Source of the DNA: Muribaculaceae bacterium
GTDB taxonomy: Bacteria > Bacteroidota > Bacteroidia > Bacteroidales > Muribaculaceae
NCBI GenBank assembly: GCA_017478265.1
Contig: JAFVDY010000011.1
Location: 1 to 43,422 of the forward strand
DNA: 43,422 nt
Direction of reading: 5' to 3'
Shown here: positions 26,998 through 36,588 of the stretch, piece by piece
How the letters are laid out: every line of letters begins with the position of its first letter
Numbering within the stretch: position 1 is the stretch's first letter
Translations under genes and position numbers: made by a program
The notes under the pieces: generated by a model
Told to the model about the DNA's origin: nothing
Seen by the model: the letters and a program-made list of their open reading frames with translations, nothing else
Database searches by the model: none

Positions 26998-28014
26998 TTA
27001 CTTGCGGGCGAGCAGGACGTAGATTATTATAGGAACGCCGATGATTGGTGTGATGGCGTTGATGGGGATAATGCCGTAGGGCGAGAGTGCGCTCAGCAGG
27101 CTGCACAGCAGCGCGATGGCGGCTCCGGTGATGATGGTGACGGGCAGCAACCTATTGTGGTTGCCCGTGTTGAGCATAAGTCGGGCTATGTGCGGCACCA
27201 CAAGTCCCAGGAAGCCGATGGGCCCGCAGAAGGCGGTGACAACGGCTGTTAATATGCCTGTGATGAGCAGCAGCAGGTTGCGTGCGCGGTCGGTGTTGAC
27301 GCCCAGGTTGCGCGCGTAGCGCGTGCCGAGTAGCAGTGCGTTAAGCGGTTTCACCATGAGCGCGGCGGCAACGAGCGCCGTCACTATTATGCCGGCAAAG
27401 AGCGCCAGATGATCGTTGCCCACACCTTGAAACGAGCCGAAGCCCCATGCCACATAGCTGTGCAGGCCCTCCTCGGTGGCCACCGAGTTGAGTAGTGAAA
27501 TCACGCTCGATGCGAGGTAGCTCACCAGAATACCGATGATAAGCAACATTGTGCTACTCTTAACAAGAGTAGAGAAAAACATAAGCAGCGCTAGTACGGC
27601 GCCGGCGCCAAGGAGCGCTCCTGTGAGCGTGGCTATATATCCGCTGAGTGAGGTGTCCATATCGCTGCCAATGGTGCCACCTAAAGCCAAGAGTACTATG
27701 GCTACGCCGAGTCCTGCTCCGGTCGATACGCCCAATATCGACGGTCCCGCTAATGGATTGTTGAAGGTGGTCTGCAGCAACAATCCCGCTACCGACAGTG
27801 CCGCTCCGGCGAGAGCCGCGGTAGCGATCATGGGTAGTCGCGATTCGAGCACGATGATGTCCCATGCCCGGTTGCCGCTGCCGTTGCCGGCAATGATTTG
27901 CCATACTGCCGCGGCGTCGATGTCGACGCTGCCCCACAGCAGGCAAGCCACCGCGAGCGCCAGCAGAACTGCCGTCAGCGCCACTACCAGTAATATGTAT
28001 CTCGCGGTTGACAT
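26998..28014 (-). CDS. FecCD/BtuC family ABC permease
   Basis: RLP, LLQTTFNNPLAGPSILGVSTGA, GPIGFLGLVVPHIARL. Confidence 0.93.
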   Translation of the reverse strand: MSTARYILLVVALTAVLLALAVACLLWGSVDIDAAAVWQIIAGNGSGNRAWDIIVLESRLPMIATAALAGAALSVAGLLLQTTFNNPLAGPSILGVSTGAGLGVAIVLLALGGTIGSDMDTSLSGYIATLTGALLGAGAVLALLMFFSTLVKSSTMLLIIGILVSYLASSVISLLNSVATEEGLHSYVAWGFGSFQGVGNDHLALFAGIIVTALVAAALMVKPLNALLLGTRYARNLGVNTDRARNLLLLITGILTAVVTAFCGPIGFLGLVVPHIARLMLNTGNHNRLLPVTIITGAAIALLCSLLSALSPYGIIPINAITPIIGVPIIIYVLLARK

Positions 28015-28029
28015 TATTTTTTAAGGAGG

Positions 28030-29565
28030 TTACGGGCGGGAAGTGCGGGGTAGGGGAGCGGCTTGTTGGGCGTTCATGTAATAGCGCAGGTTGAACACGC
28101 CATTGCTATAGCCCATGGTGACTGCGGTGCCGCTCTCGCTACGGAATATATTGTTACTGTCGAGCACGAATCCGGCAGTGCCGAGTGCGCTCTCAAGCAG
28201 TTTCACCATCTCCTGTAGCGTGGCGTCGGGACACTGGTGCAGGTCGTAGCTCATAGCCACACTCTCCACCTTGTCGTCGAGGTTGAACTGCGGCGTAGGT
28301 AGTGATCCTTCGTCGCCGGGCACGAGTCGCGCTATGTCGCCCTCGAAGTTGTAGACCACGGCGAGCGGTCCCATCATCTGAGGCAAGAGTTTCACGCCAA
28401 CGAACGGTGCCGGGTCGTTGCCAATCAAGCTGTTGAGGTCCATGAGCGTGCTGCCCTTGGTGGCACCGCACGCGTGACGGTCGTTGAACATCTGCAGCAG
28501 GTTGGCTGCCAGCACGGCTGTGTCGACAAAGCCACGCACGGCAAAGTTGTTGTAGTTCACTGTCACGAAGTCGGTAAACTCGAGTTTGCCCACGCGTTTA
28601 CCTTTCTCATCGAGCAGTACGCAAATGCTGTCGGTGCGTCCGACGTATCGTGTGGCGCTAAGGTCGACCAGAGCCTCGTATTTGAAATCAATCATCACCT
28701 TGTTGTCCTTGTCGACCATTCCCATACGGTCGCCCTTGAGCGCGAGGTAATATCCGGCCCGAGTCTGCGCCCCGTCCTTATAACCGGCGTCCTTGATGGC
28801 CTTCGGTGCCGCCACGGGGTTCTCCACCTCGTGGCCGCCGCTGTCGAGGAACACGAGCGAGTCGGTGCCCGCCTTTGTCAGTGGCAGCACGCCTCCGGTG
28901 AAGTAGGGTGTAATTAGGTTATAGTCGGCGTTGGAGACGCTGAAGAGTTCGCGACCCTTATTGTCGATGGCGGTGATGCCGATCACGCTGTCGGTGGCGC
29001 TGGCGCTACGCGAGGTGACGGCGTAGTCGTCGTAGAGAAACTGTGCGGCGTAGCTCATGTCGACGGGCGTGACGCTGTCGCCCTGAAGGTCGATATATCC
29101 GTATCGTCCGTTGTCGCTATGCACGATAGCTCTGGAGCGTGTGAACATGGTGGCGCGGTCGAGTGCCGGCGACAGCTGGGCCACCTCCTTGCCTGTAGGG
29201 TCGATGATGATGAGCGAGGTGCCCGGTCGGCTCACAATGGCTCGCCCTTGGTTGAAGAGCGTGGCCGAGCCGTAGGGTTCTTTGTTGATAGCAGTCGTGG
29301 GGTTGGCGATGTTGTAGTAGGAGATACGTCCGAGCGAGTCGGCCACATAGAACATATCATCGACCACAGCCGAGGGTGCCATCTCGAAGGCGTCTTTGAC
29401 AACCGTCTCGCCGTTCTCCAGATTGATAATGCTCCACTTGGAGCTGCCCTTGAGCTTCACCGGCAGATACTTGGCGTCGGTGGGATAGTCGGCGCTCTCG
29501 CGGCACGAAACTACCGCTGTCAGCACCAGCAAGAGACAAAGAATGCGAAATATTTTATTGTTCAT
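28030..29565 (-). CDS. WG-repeat lipoprotein
   Basis: Lipobox VVSC; WG-like repeats (KWSII, GRYGYIDLQG, RMGMVDKDNKVMIDFKY). Confidence 0.75.
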   Translation of the reverse strand: MNNKIFRILCLLLVLTAVVSCRESADYPTDAKYLPVKLKGSSKWSIINLENGETVVKDAFEMAPSAVVDDMFYVADSLGRISYYNIANPTTAINKEPYGSATLFNQGRAIVSRPGTSLIIIDPTGKEVAQLSPALDRATMFTRSRAIVHSDNGRYGYIDLQGDSVTPVDMSYAAQFLYDDYAVTSRSASATDSVIGITAIDNKGRELFSVSNADYNLITPYFTGGVLPLTKAGTDSLVFLDSGGHEVENPVAAPKAIKDAGYKDGAQTRAGYYLALKGDRMGMVDKDNKVMIDFKYEALVDLSATRYVGRTDSICVLLDEKGKRVGKLEFTDFVTVNYNNFAVRGFVDTAVLAANLLQMFNDRHACGATKGSTLMDLNSLIGNDPAPFVGVKLLPQMMGPLAVVYNFEGDIARLVPGDEGSLPTPQFNLDDKVESVAMSYDLHQCPDATLQEMVKLLESALGTAGFVLDSNNIFRSESGTAVTMGYSNGVFNLRYYMNAQQAAPLPRTSRP

Positions 29566-29715
29566 AATAGTTTGATAAACTGTTTGTTACATAGCATTTA
29601 CCATTGGCGTGACGGTACTGTGGCGCCGCAGGAGCGCTGCAAAAGTAGCAAAATTAATTGACAGTCACACATAAAAAGCGCGATTAATTGGTGGCGGGCG
29701 GTGTGTAGGGCGGCA

Positions 29716-29760
29716 TAAAACAACAACTTGAAAACAACTAATAAACAACTTGGAACAAGT
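29716..29760. repeat. Helically phased AACAAC repeats
   Basis: AACAAC at 29722, 29733 and 29744, AACAAG at 29754; related inverted array at 42859-42900. Confidence 0.6.
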
Positions 29761-29772
29761 TTTTTATATTTT

Positions 29773-29921
29773 GGGTGGGACAGTGGTTGGCACTCCCCAG
29801 AAAACTGCGTTTTCGGGGTTAAGCATGGTATAAACTGCGAAGCAGTTTTTGATGGGTGGGACAGTGGTTGGCACATCTTACATCTTACATTTTCCATCTT
29901 ACATCGAAAAGGGTGGGACAA
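29773..29921. repeat. GTGGGACA-linker / heptamer mosaic repeat
   Basis: GGGTGGGACAGTGGTTGGCAC occurs twice (29773, 29854) with a third partial copy (29911), enclosing CATCTTA heptamers. Near-identical inverted copy at 42301-42370. Confidence 0.85.
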
Positions 29922-30066
29922 AGGTAGGTGGCGAAATGGGTAAATGCAAGTACATTTGCGTTTCTCGTTTCTCAAGTTATTAGAAATTTTAATTTGGCGG
30001 GGTGGGGTGGGGGAGAACGGGAAAAAAGTTGTAACTTTGCGGGCTTGAAAGGCGATTTTTTGGAAA

Positions 30067-31281
30067 ATGATAACTCTTGAAAGACTACAAAACGGATTGC
30101 CGGTGGTGTTCCTGCCCAGCACGAATGCCGTGGGATGGGCCGGAGTGGCCATCGACGCCGGCAGCCGCGACGAGGCCCGTGGGGAGTATGGTTTGGCTCA
30201 CTTTGTTGAGCATACCATCTTCAAGGGCACTCGCCTGAAGCGCGCATGGCAGATCAACAGCCGTATGGAGCGCGTAGGCGGCGAGCTAAATGCTTATACC
30301 ACAAAGGAGACAACGATGCTCTATAGTGTGTTTCCGCAGTCTCACCTCGATCGTGCTCTCGAGTTGATTGGCGACCTTGTGACCGGTTCGGTGTTTCCCG
30401 CGTTGGAGCTCGACCGCGAGCGTCAGGTGGTGCTGGAGGAGGCCGCGAGTTATCTCGACAGTCCGGCCGATGCCATCTACGACGACTTTGAGGATCTCCT
30501 GTTTGCCGGTAGCGGGTTAGGTCACAACATATTAGGCACGGAGGACGATGTTCGCGGTTTCACTACCGCCGACTGCCGCCGCTTTGTCGACCGCCACTAT
30601 GGCTCGGGAGCGATGTCGCTGTTTGTGGTGGGCAACTACCGTCCGGAGCAGGTGTTGCGTCTTGCCGAGAAGCATTTCGCGTCGCTCAGCACGGCCGCAC
30701 ATCGCCGCCGGCAACCGGTGCCGCCCGTGATTGCGGCTGAGCGCGTAACGCGTGAGCTCGGTCTGCATCAGGCTCACACGCTTGTGGGCGCTCGCGTGGG
30801 CAGTATGTATGACGACAGCCGGCACGCGTTGGCGTTGCTCAACAACATCATAGGCGGCCCGGGTATGAACTCGTTGCTGAATGTGGAGTTGCGCGAGCGT
30901 CGGGGGTACGTCTACTCGGTGGAGTCGTCGCTGACGTCGTACACCGACTGCGGGGCGTTACTCATCTACTTCGGCTGCGATGTCGACCGCGTGGAGCGCG
31001 CGCTGGCGGTGGTGGGGCGCGTGATTGACCGTTTGGCGAGCGAGCGCTTGAGCGAGCGTCGTCTCGACGCGCTTAAGCGGCAGTATTGCGGCCAGCTGTT
31101 GGTGGCGAGCGACAACACCGAGCTTACCGCCCTCAATGCCGGTCGCTGCCTGCTCTACTACGGAAAAGTGGAGCCTATGGAAAGCACTATCGAGCGATTG
31201 CGCGCCGTCACGGCCGACGAGCTTCGCGACCTTGCCGCCGCCATCGCCCTGCCGCGCGCCACGGTGCTCACCTTCCATTAG
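30067..31281 (+). CDS. M16 family (pitrilysin/insulinase-like) zinc peptidase
   Basis: AGSRDE, HFVEH (HxxEH), LNAYT, LRERRGYVY. Confidence 0.94.
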   Translation: MITLERLQNGLPVVFLPSTNAVGWAGVAIDAGSRDEARGEYGLAHFVEHTIFKGTRLKRAWQINSRMERVGGELNAYTTKETTMLYSVFPQSHLDRALELIGDLVTGSVFPALELDRERQVVLEEAASYLDSPADAIYDDFEDLLFAGSGLGHNILGTEDDVRGFTTADCRRFVDRHYGSGAMSLFVVGNYRPEQVLRLAEKHFASLSTAAHRRRQPVPPVIAAERVTRELGLHQAHTLVGARVGSMYDDSRHALALLNNIIGGPGMNSLLNVELRERRGYVYSVESSLTSYTDCGALLIYFGCDVDRVERALAVVGRVIDRLASERLSERRLDALKRQYCGQLLVASDNTELTALNAGRCLLYYGKVEPMESTIERLRAVTADELRDLAAAIALPRATVLTFH

Positions 31282-31306
31282 CGGGCTGCTTGGCTGACGT
31301 AATATT

Positions 31307-31392
31307 GTAGGGTCGACGCATGCGTCGACCGCGGTGCATAGCACTGTGTATCAATGTATTCTACACACGGGCGACGCATTCGTCGCCCCTAC
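31307..31392. mobile_element. REPIN-like element (two inverted GTAG-type REP palindromes)
   Basis: GTAGGGTCGACGCATGCGTCGACC...GGGCGACGCATTCGTCGCCCCTAC; homologous copy at 42377-42463. Confidence 0.75.
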
Positions 31393-31438
31393 ATTCGCTA
31401 TTTGGGATAGTGGGGGCTTGTTTTTTGCTCAAGTTGGA

Positions 31439-32476
31439 TTAGAAGCGGAGGGAGGAGTAGCGGCGGCGCAAGAGCAGGTAGTATTGGATTACGACATTAG
31501 CTTGCGCGCCGTGGAATGATGTGAGCAGGTTGACCGTGGGTTTGTCGCCGTCGTATTGCTCGCGCATGGTGCGGAAGTCGCGGTGGGCGCGCAGAATAGC
31601 TCGCGCGTCGCCCCATCGGAGTGTGGCCACCGCCTGGAAGAACGCGAGCGTGTCGTAGAGCCGTCGCACCACAAGCAGCCGTTTCGCGTCGTGAGCCGGC
31701 AGATTTTTATGAAGCATCAGCAAATTGTTGCGGAAGTTGAGGTAGGTTTTTCGCGGGTTTCCTTGCGGCAGACTTCCTCCGCCCAGGTGGTAAACGGCGG
31801 CTGCGGTAATCGTCTTTATATCGCTTCCTGCCAGATGAATGCGCCAGCAGAGGTCGATTTCCTCCATGTGGGCGAAGAAGCGTTCGTCGAGTCCCCCCAC
31901 CCGGCGGTAGAGTTCGGTTCTCACCATCAGGCAAGCACCGCTTGCCCAGAACACCGACAGCGGCTCAGAGTTGTCCTTGTCGTCGTATTGTCCGCTATCC
32001 ATCTCTACAGTGCCGAAGAGTCGTCCGCGGCAATATGGGAAACCGTGGCAGTCGAGAAAACCGCCTGCCGCTCCGGCATATTCAAACTCCTGTAGGTCGT
32101 CGTCGCGGTCTTGGAGCATCTTTGGCTGAACGGCGCCCACCTCGCTATGGCTTCGCATATAGCTGTAGAGCGGTTGCAGCCATCCGTCGGGCGTGAGCAC
32201 GTCGCTGTTGAGCAGCACCACATAGTCGTAGCCACCCATCTCTGCCACGGCGTCGATAGCGCGGTTGTATCCGCCGGCATAGCCGTAGTTGTCGTTAAGT
32301 TCGATCACTTCGACAGTGTGGAAATCGTGCCGGAGCAGTTGTAGACTGTCGTCGGTTGAGCCGTTGTCGGCCACGAATATCCGCGCGATGTCGCTCGGGG
32401 TGTTGCGAACCACGCTTGGCAGATACTCCCTAAGGAGCGTGCTGCCGTTCCAATTAAGAATAATTACCGCTACCAT
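31439..32476 (-). CDS. Glycosyltransferase family 2
   Basis: VIILNWNG, ADNGSTD, GYAGGYN, LLNSD, WASGACL, FFAHMEEIDLCWR. Confidence 0.94.
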   Translation of the reverse strand: MVAVIILNWNGSTLLREYLPSVVRNTPSDIARIFVADNGSTDDSLQLLRHDFHTVEVIELNDNYGYAGGYNRAIDAVAEMGGYDYVVLLNSDVLTPDGWLQPLYSYMRSHSEVGAVQPKMLQDRDDDLQEFEYAGAAGGFLDCHGFPYCRGRLFGTVEMDSGQYDDKDNSEPLSVFWASGACLMVRTELYRRVGGLDERFFAHMEEIDLCWRIHLAGSDIKTITAAAVYHLGGGSLPQGNPRKTYLNFRNNLLMLHKNLPAHDAKRLLVVRRLYDTLAFFQAVATLRWGDARAILRAHRDFRTMREQYDGDKPTVNLLTSFHGAQANVVIQYYLLLRRRYSSLRF

Positions 32477-32482
32477 AGTCAA

Positions 32483-32605
32483 CTAAATTTTACTCAAGTC
32501 TTTTAAATTTCTGAAGTCCTTACGGAACGTCTTTGTCATAGAAACTTGATACATAGCCTTGCCCCTTGTAGTTCGCTCATTGAGTGTAATCGTATAAGTT
32601 GCCAT
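32483..32605 (-). pseudogene. 40-aa fused relic of an antitoxin N-terminus and a YafQ-like toxin N-terminus
   Basis: MATYTITLNERTTRGKA-MYQVSMTKTFRKDFRNLKDLSKI*. The first half resembles Bacteroidales antitoxin starts and the second half a RelE/YafQ start. Confidence 0.5.
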
Positions 32606-32634
32606 AGTTTATTGGTTTTTAGGTTTTCGCCGTG

Positions 32635-32692
32635 CAAAATTAGTAAAAAATACTGAAAACCGGCATGTTTCGCGATATTTTTTGTAACTTTG
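32635..32692. promoter_or_regulatory. Divergent promoter -7 elements
   Basis: Minus-strand TAATTTTG (32635-32642) and plus-strand TAACTTTG (32685-32692). Confidence 0.55.
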
Positions 32693-32733
32693 CAGGCTCA
32701 AAAATAAGAAAAAATAAAAACAAGATACATCAA

Positions 32734-34047
32734 ATGGGACGATTAGTAGCAATAGTAGGGCGGCCCAATGTGGGCAAATCGACACTTTTCAACCGCTTGA
32801 CGCGCACTCGCGACGCGATTGTGAACGACACGAGCGGCACCACGCGCGACCGCCAGTACGGCATCATGGAGTGGAACGGCATGGAGATGAGTGTGGTTGA
32901 CACCGGAGGCTGGGTGGAAGGCAGCGACGACATCTTCGAGAGCGAAATCAACAAGCAAGTGTATATCGCCATCGAGGAGGCCGACGTGATTCTGTTTATG
33001 GTTGACGTCAAGACCGGTATTACCGACCTCGACGACCATGTGGCTCGCATCCTTCGCAAGAGCGCCAAGCCGGTGATAGTGGTGAGCAACAAGGACGACA
33101 ACAACCAGGCTGTGCTTGCCGAGGCCGAGTTTTACGCCTTAGGCTTGGGTAAGCCCTACAGCATCAGCGCCATCAACGGTACCGGCACCGGCGACTTGCT
33201 GGACGAGGTGGTGCGCATCATGCCCGAGAAGAGCGACGACGCTCCCGAGGAGATGGTGCCCCGCTTTGCCATTGTGGGCAGGCCCAACGCCGGCAAATCG
33301 TCGCTCATCAATTCACTCATGGACGAAGAGCGAAACATCGTCACCGACATTGCCGGCACCACCCGCGACAGTATCTACACCCGCTTCAACAAGTTCGGCT
33401 TCGACTTCTATCTAGTCGACACCGCCGGCATCCGCAAGAAGAACAAGGTGAACGAGGATATCGAGTACTACTCGGTGTTGCGCAGCATTCGCGCCATCGA
33501 GAACGCCGATGTGTGTCTGTTGCTCATCGACGCCACCCGCGGCATCGAGGCGCAGGACGTCAACATCTTCTCCATCATCCAGAAGAACCGCAAGGGCCTG
33601 GTGGTGCTCGTCAACAAGTGGGACATAGCCGAGAACAAGGGCCAGCAGGCAATAAAATATTTCGAGGATACCATCCGCGAGCGCTTCGCGCCGTTCACCG
33701 ACTTCCCCATCATCTTCGGGAGCGCGCTCACTCGCCAGCGCATCCTCAAGGCGCTCGAGAAGTCGATCGACGTGTACAACGCCCGCAACCGCGTGATACC
33801 CACGTCGCAGCTCAACAACGCCATGCAAGAGATCATCAGCGCCTATCCGCCACCCGCGGTGAAGGGCAAATTTGTGAAAATCAAGTATGTTACCATGCTT
33901 CAAGAGGCCCGCGTGCCGTCGTTTGTGTTCTTCTGCAACCTGCCGCAGTGGATACGCGACCCGTATAAGCGCTATCTCGAGAACCAGATACGTGAGCGCT
34001 GGGACTTCTCCGGCACGCCCATCAACCTATACTTCCGTCAAAAATAA
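32734..34047 (+). CDS. der: Ribosome biogenesis GTPase Der (EngA)
   Basis: Two G-domains: [17 protein letters not shown] and [17 protein letters not shown]; ATG at 32734. Confidence 0.97.
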   Translation: MGRLVAIVGRPNVGKSTLFNRLTRTRDAIVNDTSGTTRDRQYGIMEWNGMEMSVVDTGGWVEGSDDIFESEINKQVYIAIEEADVILFMVDVKTGITDLDDHVARILRKSAKPVIVVSNKDDNNQAVLAEAEFYALGLGKPYSISAINGTGTGDLLDEVVRIMPEKSDDAPEEMVPRFAIVGRPNAGKSSLINSLMDEERNIVTDIAGTTRDSIYTRFNKFGFDFYLVDTAGIRKKNKVNEDIEYYSVLRSIRAIENADVCLLLIDATRGIEAQDVNIFSIIQKNRKGLVVLVNKWDIAENKGQQAIKYFEDTIRERFAPFTDFPIIFGSALTRQRILKALEKSIDVYNARNRVIPTSQLNNAMQEIISAYPPPAVKGKFVKIKYVTMLQEARVPSFVFFCNLPQWIRDPYKRYLENQIRERWDFSGTPINLYFRQK

Positions 34048-34059
34048 GCTACCACCACT

Positions 34060-34893
34060 ATGAGACAAGCGATTATAATCATTACAGCGATAATAATGGC
34101 GACAGGTGCCGCCACGGCGCAAAAGCGCGTAAGCAGCGACGAGACATTCAATCAGGGAGTGGAGTACTTCTACGACGACGCCATGCCTCAAGCCATGCAA
34201 TGCTTCAAGCTGTGGCTCGGCACCCACCCCGACGACGCTTACGCCTGGGCCTACGTAGCCGCCATCGAGAACGAGGCCAAGCACCCCTACGCGGCGCTCG
34301 ACGCGAGCGAAAAAGTGCTTGCCGGCACGTTCAGCAACCCCAACGACACCGCGTTTAAAGCATGGCACTACTACGTGCGCTCGCTCATCCACCTCAATCT
34401 CAACGATACCGTTGAGGCCATCAACGACCTCAACAACTCGGTGAAGCTCAACCGCGCCGACCCCGACACCTACCAACGGAGGGCAACGCTCTTTTTCAAG
34501 CGGCAAAACTACGACCGCGCCCTCGACGACTACCGCTCGGCGGCCGCGCTGAGCCAAGGCGACGCCGAGCCCTACATAGGTGTGGGTTGCGTGTATAGCG
34601 CGCAATCGAAGCGCGGGCAGGCTATAAAGGCCTTTACCGACGCTATCACCGCCGAGCCCGGGAGTAGCCGCGCCTACAGCCATCGCGCCGCTGAATATTT
34701 CAACAATCAGGAATACGACAAAGCGGCCGACGATGTGCTGCAAGCGCTGCAACTCGACCGCCGCAGCGTGCACGCACTGTGGGTGGTGGAATATATCAAG
34801 GCCGACAAGACGGCCAAGCGCGCCTTTACGGCAAAGGTGAAGGCACTTGCAGCGCAGAAGGCCGACAACAGTTGGCTCGACCTAATCAAGTAA
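34060..34893 (+). CDS. Secreted tetratricopeptide repeat protein
   Basis: Signal peptide ending ATA-Q; TPR patterns (EAINDLNNSVKLN, RALDDYRSAAALS, AIKAFTDAITAEP). Confidence 0.88.
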   Translation: MRQAIIIITAIIMATGAATAQKRVSSDETFNQGVEYFYDDAMPQAMQCFKLWLGTHPDDAYAWAYVAAIENEAKHPYAALDASEKVLAGTFSNPNDTAFKAWHYYVRSLIHLNLNDTVEAINDLNNSVKLNRADPDTYQRRATLFFKRQNYDRALDDYRSAAALSQGDAEPYIGVGCVYSAQSKRGQAIKAFTDAITAEPGSSRAYSHRAAEYFNNQEYDKAADDVLQALQLDRRSVHALWVVEYIKADKTAKRAFTAKVKALAAQKADNSWLDLIK

Positions 34894-34917
34894 AACCATT
34901 CCAACCACGAACGCGAT

Positions 34918-35598
34918 ATGATGAGAATTGACCTACTCACCGTGATGCCTGAGGCGCTCGACTCGCCGCTGCACTGCTCGATAGTGCAACGCGCGCAGGA
35001 TAAGGGGCTGGTGGAAATCCATGTGCATAACCTGCGCGACTATTCCACGCGCAAGCATCGCAAGGTGGACGACTACCCCTTTGGCGGCGACGCCGGCATG
35101 GTGATGCAGATTGAGCCGGTGCACCGCTGTATCGAGCAGTTGAAGAGCGAGCGCGACTACGACGACGTAATCTTTACCGCCCCCGACGGCGAGCTCTTCA
35201 CCCAGCCCATGGCCAACGAGCTGTCGCTCAAGCAGAACCTTATCATCTTGTGTGGGCACTACAAGGGTGTGGACTATCGCATACGAGAGCACCTGATTAC
35301 CCGCGAGATTTCGATTGGCGACTATGTGCTGACCGGCGGCGAGATACCGGCGGTGGTAATCACCGACGCCATTGTGCGCCTTATCCCGGGTGCCATCGGC
35401 GACGACCAGAGCGCGCTGAGCGACTCGTTTCAGGACAACTTGCTCGAGGCGCCAGTCTACACTCGCCCGGCAGAGTATAACGGCTGGCGAGTGCCCGACG
35501 TCCTGCTCTCGGGCCACGCGGCAATGATCGACAAATGGCAGATGGAGCAAGCGCTGGAGCGCACGCGCCGCCTGCGGCCGGGGCTGCTTAAAAATTAA
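34918..35598 (+). CDS. trmD: tRNA (guanine37-N1)-methyltransferase
   Basis: [38 protein letters not shown]. Confidence 0.97.
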   Translation: MMRIDLLTVMPEALDSPLHCSIVQRAQDKGLVEIHVHNLRDYSTRKHRKVDDYPFGGDAGMVMQIEPVHRCIEQLKSERDYDDVIFTAPDGELFTQPMANELSLKQNLIILCGHYKGVDYRIREHLITREISIGDYVLTGGEIPAVVITDAIVRLIPGAIGDDQSALSDSFQDNLLEAPVYTRPAEYNGWRVPDVLLSGHAAMIDKWQMEQALERTRRLRPGLLKN

Positions 35599-35599
35599 A

Positions 35600-35651
35600 A
35601 ATTAGGAATGAGGAATGAGAAATTATACATCTTCCATCTTACATCTTACAT
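35600..35651. repeat. Bipartite heptamer array (AATKAGG-type then CATCTTM-type)
   Basis: aattaggaatgaggaatgagaaatt...acatcttccatcttacatcttacat. Confidence 0.75.
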
Positions 35652-35682
35652 AGTAAAGTAACATTATCAAACGCAACGAAAT

Positions 35683-35982
35683 ATGACCCTTCACCGACCC
35701 AAATGGATACCGCGATGGCTCAACTTGCCATTTTTGTTTTTTCTCGCCTTCATAGTGCTGCTGCTCTTCTTTGGCGAGTATAACTATCTGCGTATCAACA
35801 GCCTCGCCAACGAGATTGACGACCTCAAAGAGCAAATCAAAGAGCAGGAGGACAGTGCTGCATACTATACCTCCAAGCTCAACGCGCTCAACACCGACAA
35901 GGAGAACCTCGAGCGCCTGTGCCGCGAGCAATACGGCATGAAGCGAGTTAACGAGGAAGTGTATATAACCGATATTCCCTGA
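35683..35982 (+). CDS. FtsB/DivIC septum formation initiator family protein
   Basis: Single TM, coiled coil, LERLCREQYGMKRVNEEVY motif. Confidence 0.88.
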   Translation: MTLHRPKWIPRWLNLPFLFFLAFIVLLLFFGEYNYLRINSLANEIDDLKEQIKEQEDSAAYYTSKLNALNTDKENLERLCREQYGMKRVNEEVYITDIP

Positions 35983-35987
35983 AAGAA

Positions 35988-36416
35988 ATGAAAGAAGAGA
36001 AACGAATACAGATTGCGGGCATACTGCTTGCCGTGGGCATGACGATAATTCTGGCCGGCGCGGTGTTGCCATTTCTTGGAGTCAAAATCGCCATCTCGCG
36101 TTGGGTGCTTGCCGGCGGCGCGCTTCTGGCGCTCATAGCCCGCTTTACCGAACCCACCATTCCGGCCGAGAAGAGCTTCCGCCTGGCGCGGCTGCAGAAG
36201 CTCGACAAGATGACGGCGGCCCTCTTTGCCATCGCCGCCGCTTGCCTGTTCGCTCCCGAAGGACATATCGAGATACAGCGCGCGTGGATTCCGGTGCTTA
36301 TGGCTGCCGCTGTGATGCAAATCTATTGCACATTTGTGGAAGGCCGCGAGATCAAGAAGCTCAACGAGCAGGAGAAGCAACCGGCTCCCAAGGGCTCGGC
36401 AAAGAAGAAGAGATAG
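35988..36416 (+). CDS. Hypothetical 4-TM membrane protein
   Basis: Four hydrophobic segments; starts 5 nt after the FtsB-like gene. Confidence 0.75.
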   Translation: MKEEKRIQIAGILLAVGMTIILAGAVLPFLGVKIAISRWVLAGGALLALIARFTEPTIPAEKSFRLARLQKLDKMTAALFAIAAACLFAPEGHIEIQRAWIPVLMAAAVMQIYCTFVEGREIKKLNEQEKQPAPKGSAKKKR

Positions 36417-36588
36417 CCCCGAGGGGCGTTACACCGCAAAGCGCGAAAGGAGAATTGAGGAAGAGCGGCTTCGTGCAATGTTTTTTTACATGTTGAGTTA
36501 AAAAACTCAATTTTTGAATGATAATTAATGGATTTTACTTTTTTTTCGTACCTTTGCGGGTTGAAATCGAAAGTTTATTGACAAGAAG

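Noticed and set aside
29566-29715. Cobalamin riboswitch upstream of the BtuC/D-like genes
   Set aside because: No recognisable B12-box or conserved GGGAA core, and the leader from the -7 element at about 29640 is too short.
29773-29921. Possible CRISPR array (21-bp direct repeats)
   Set aside because: Only two full repeats, unequal spacers (60 and 36 bp), one spacer is itself a repeat found elsewhere, and no cas genes are present.
29598-30152. 184-aa minus-strand ORF and the ORFs at 41970-42954
   Set aside because: They are translations of intergenic repeats (for example the shared CKMENVRCKMCQP) and have no protein-like features.
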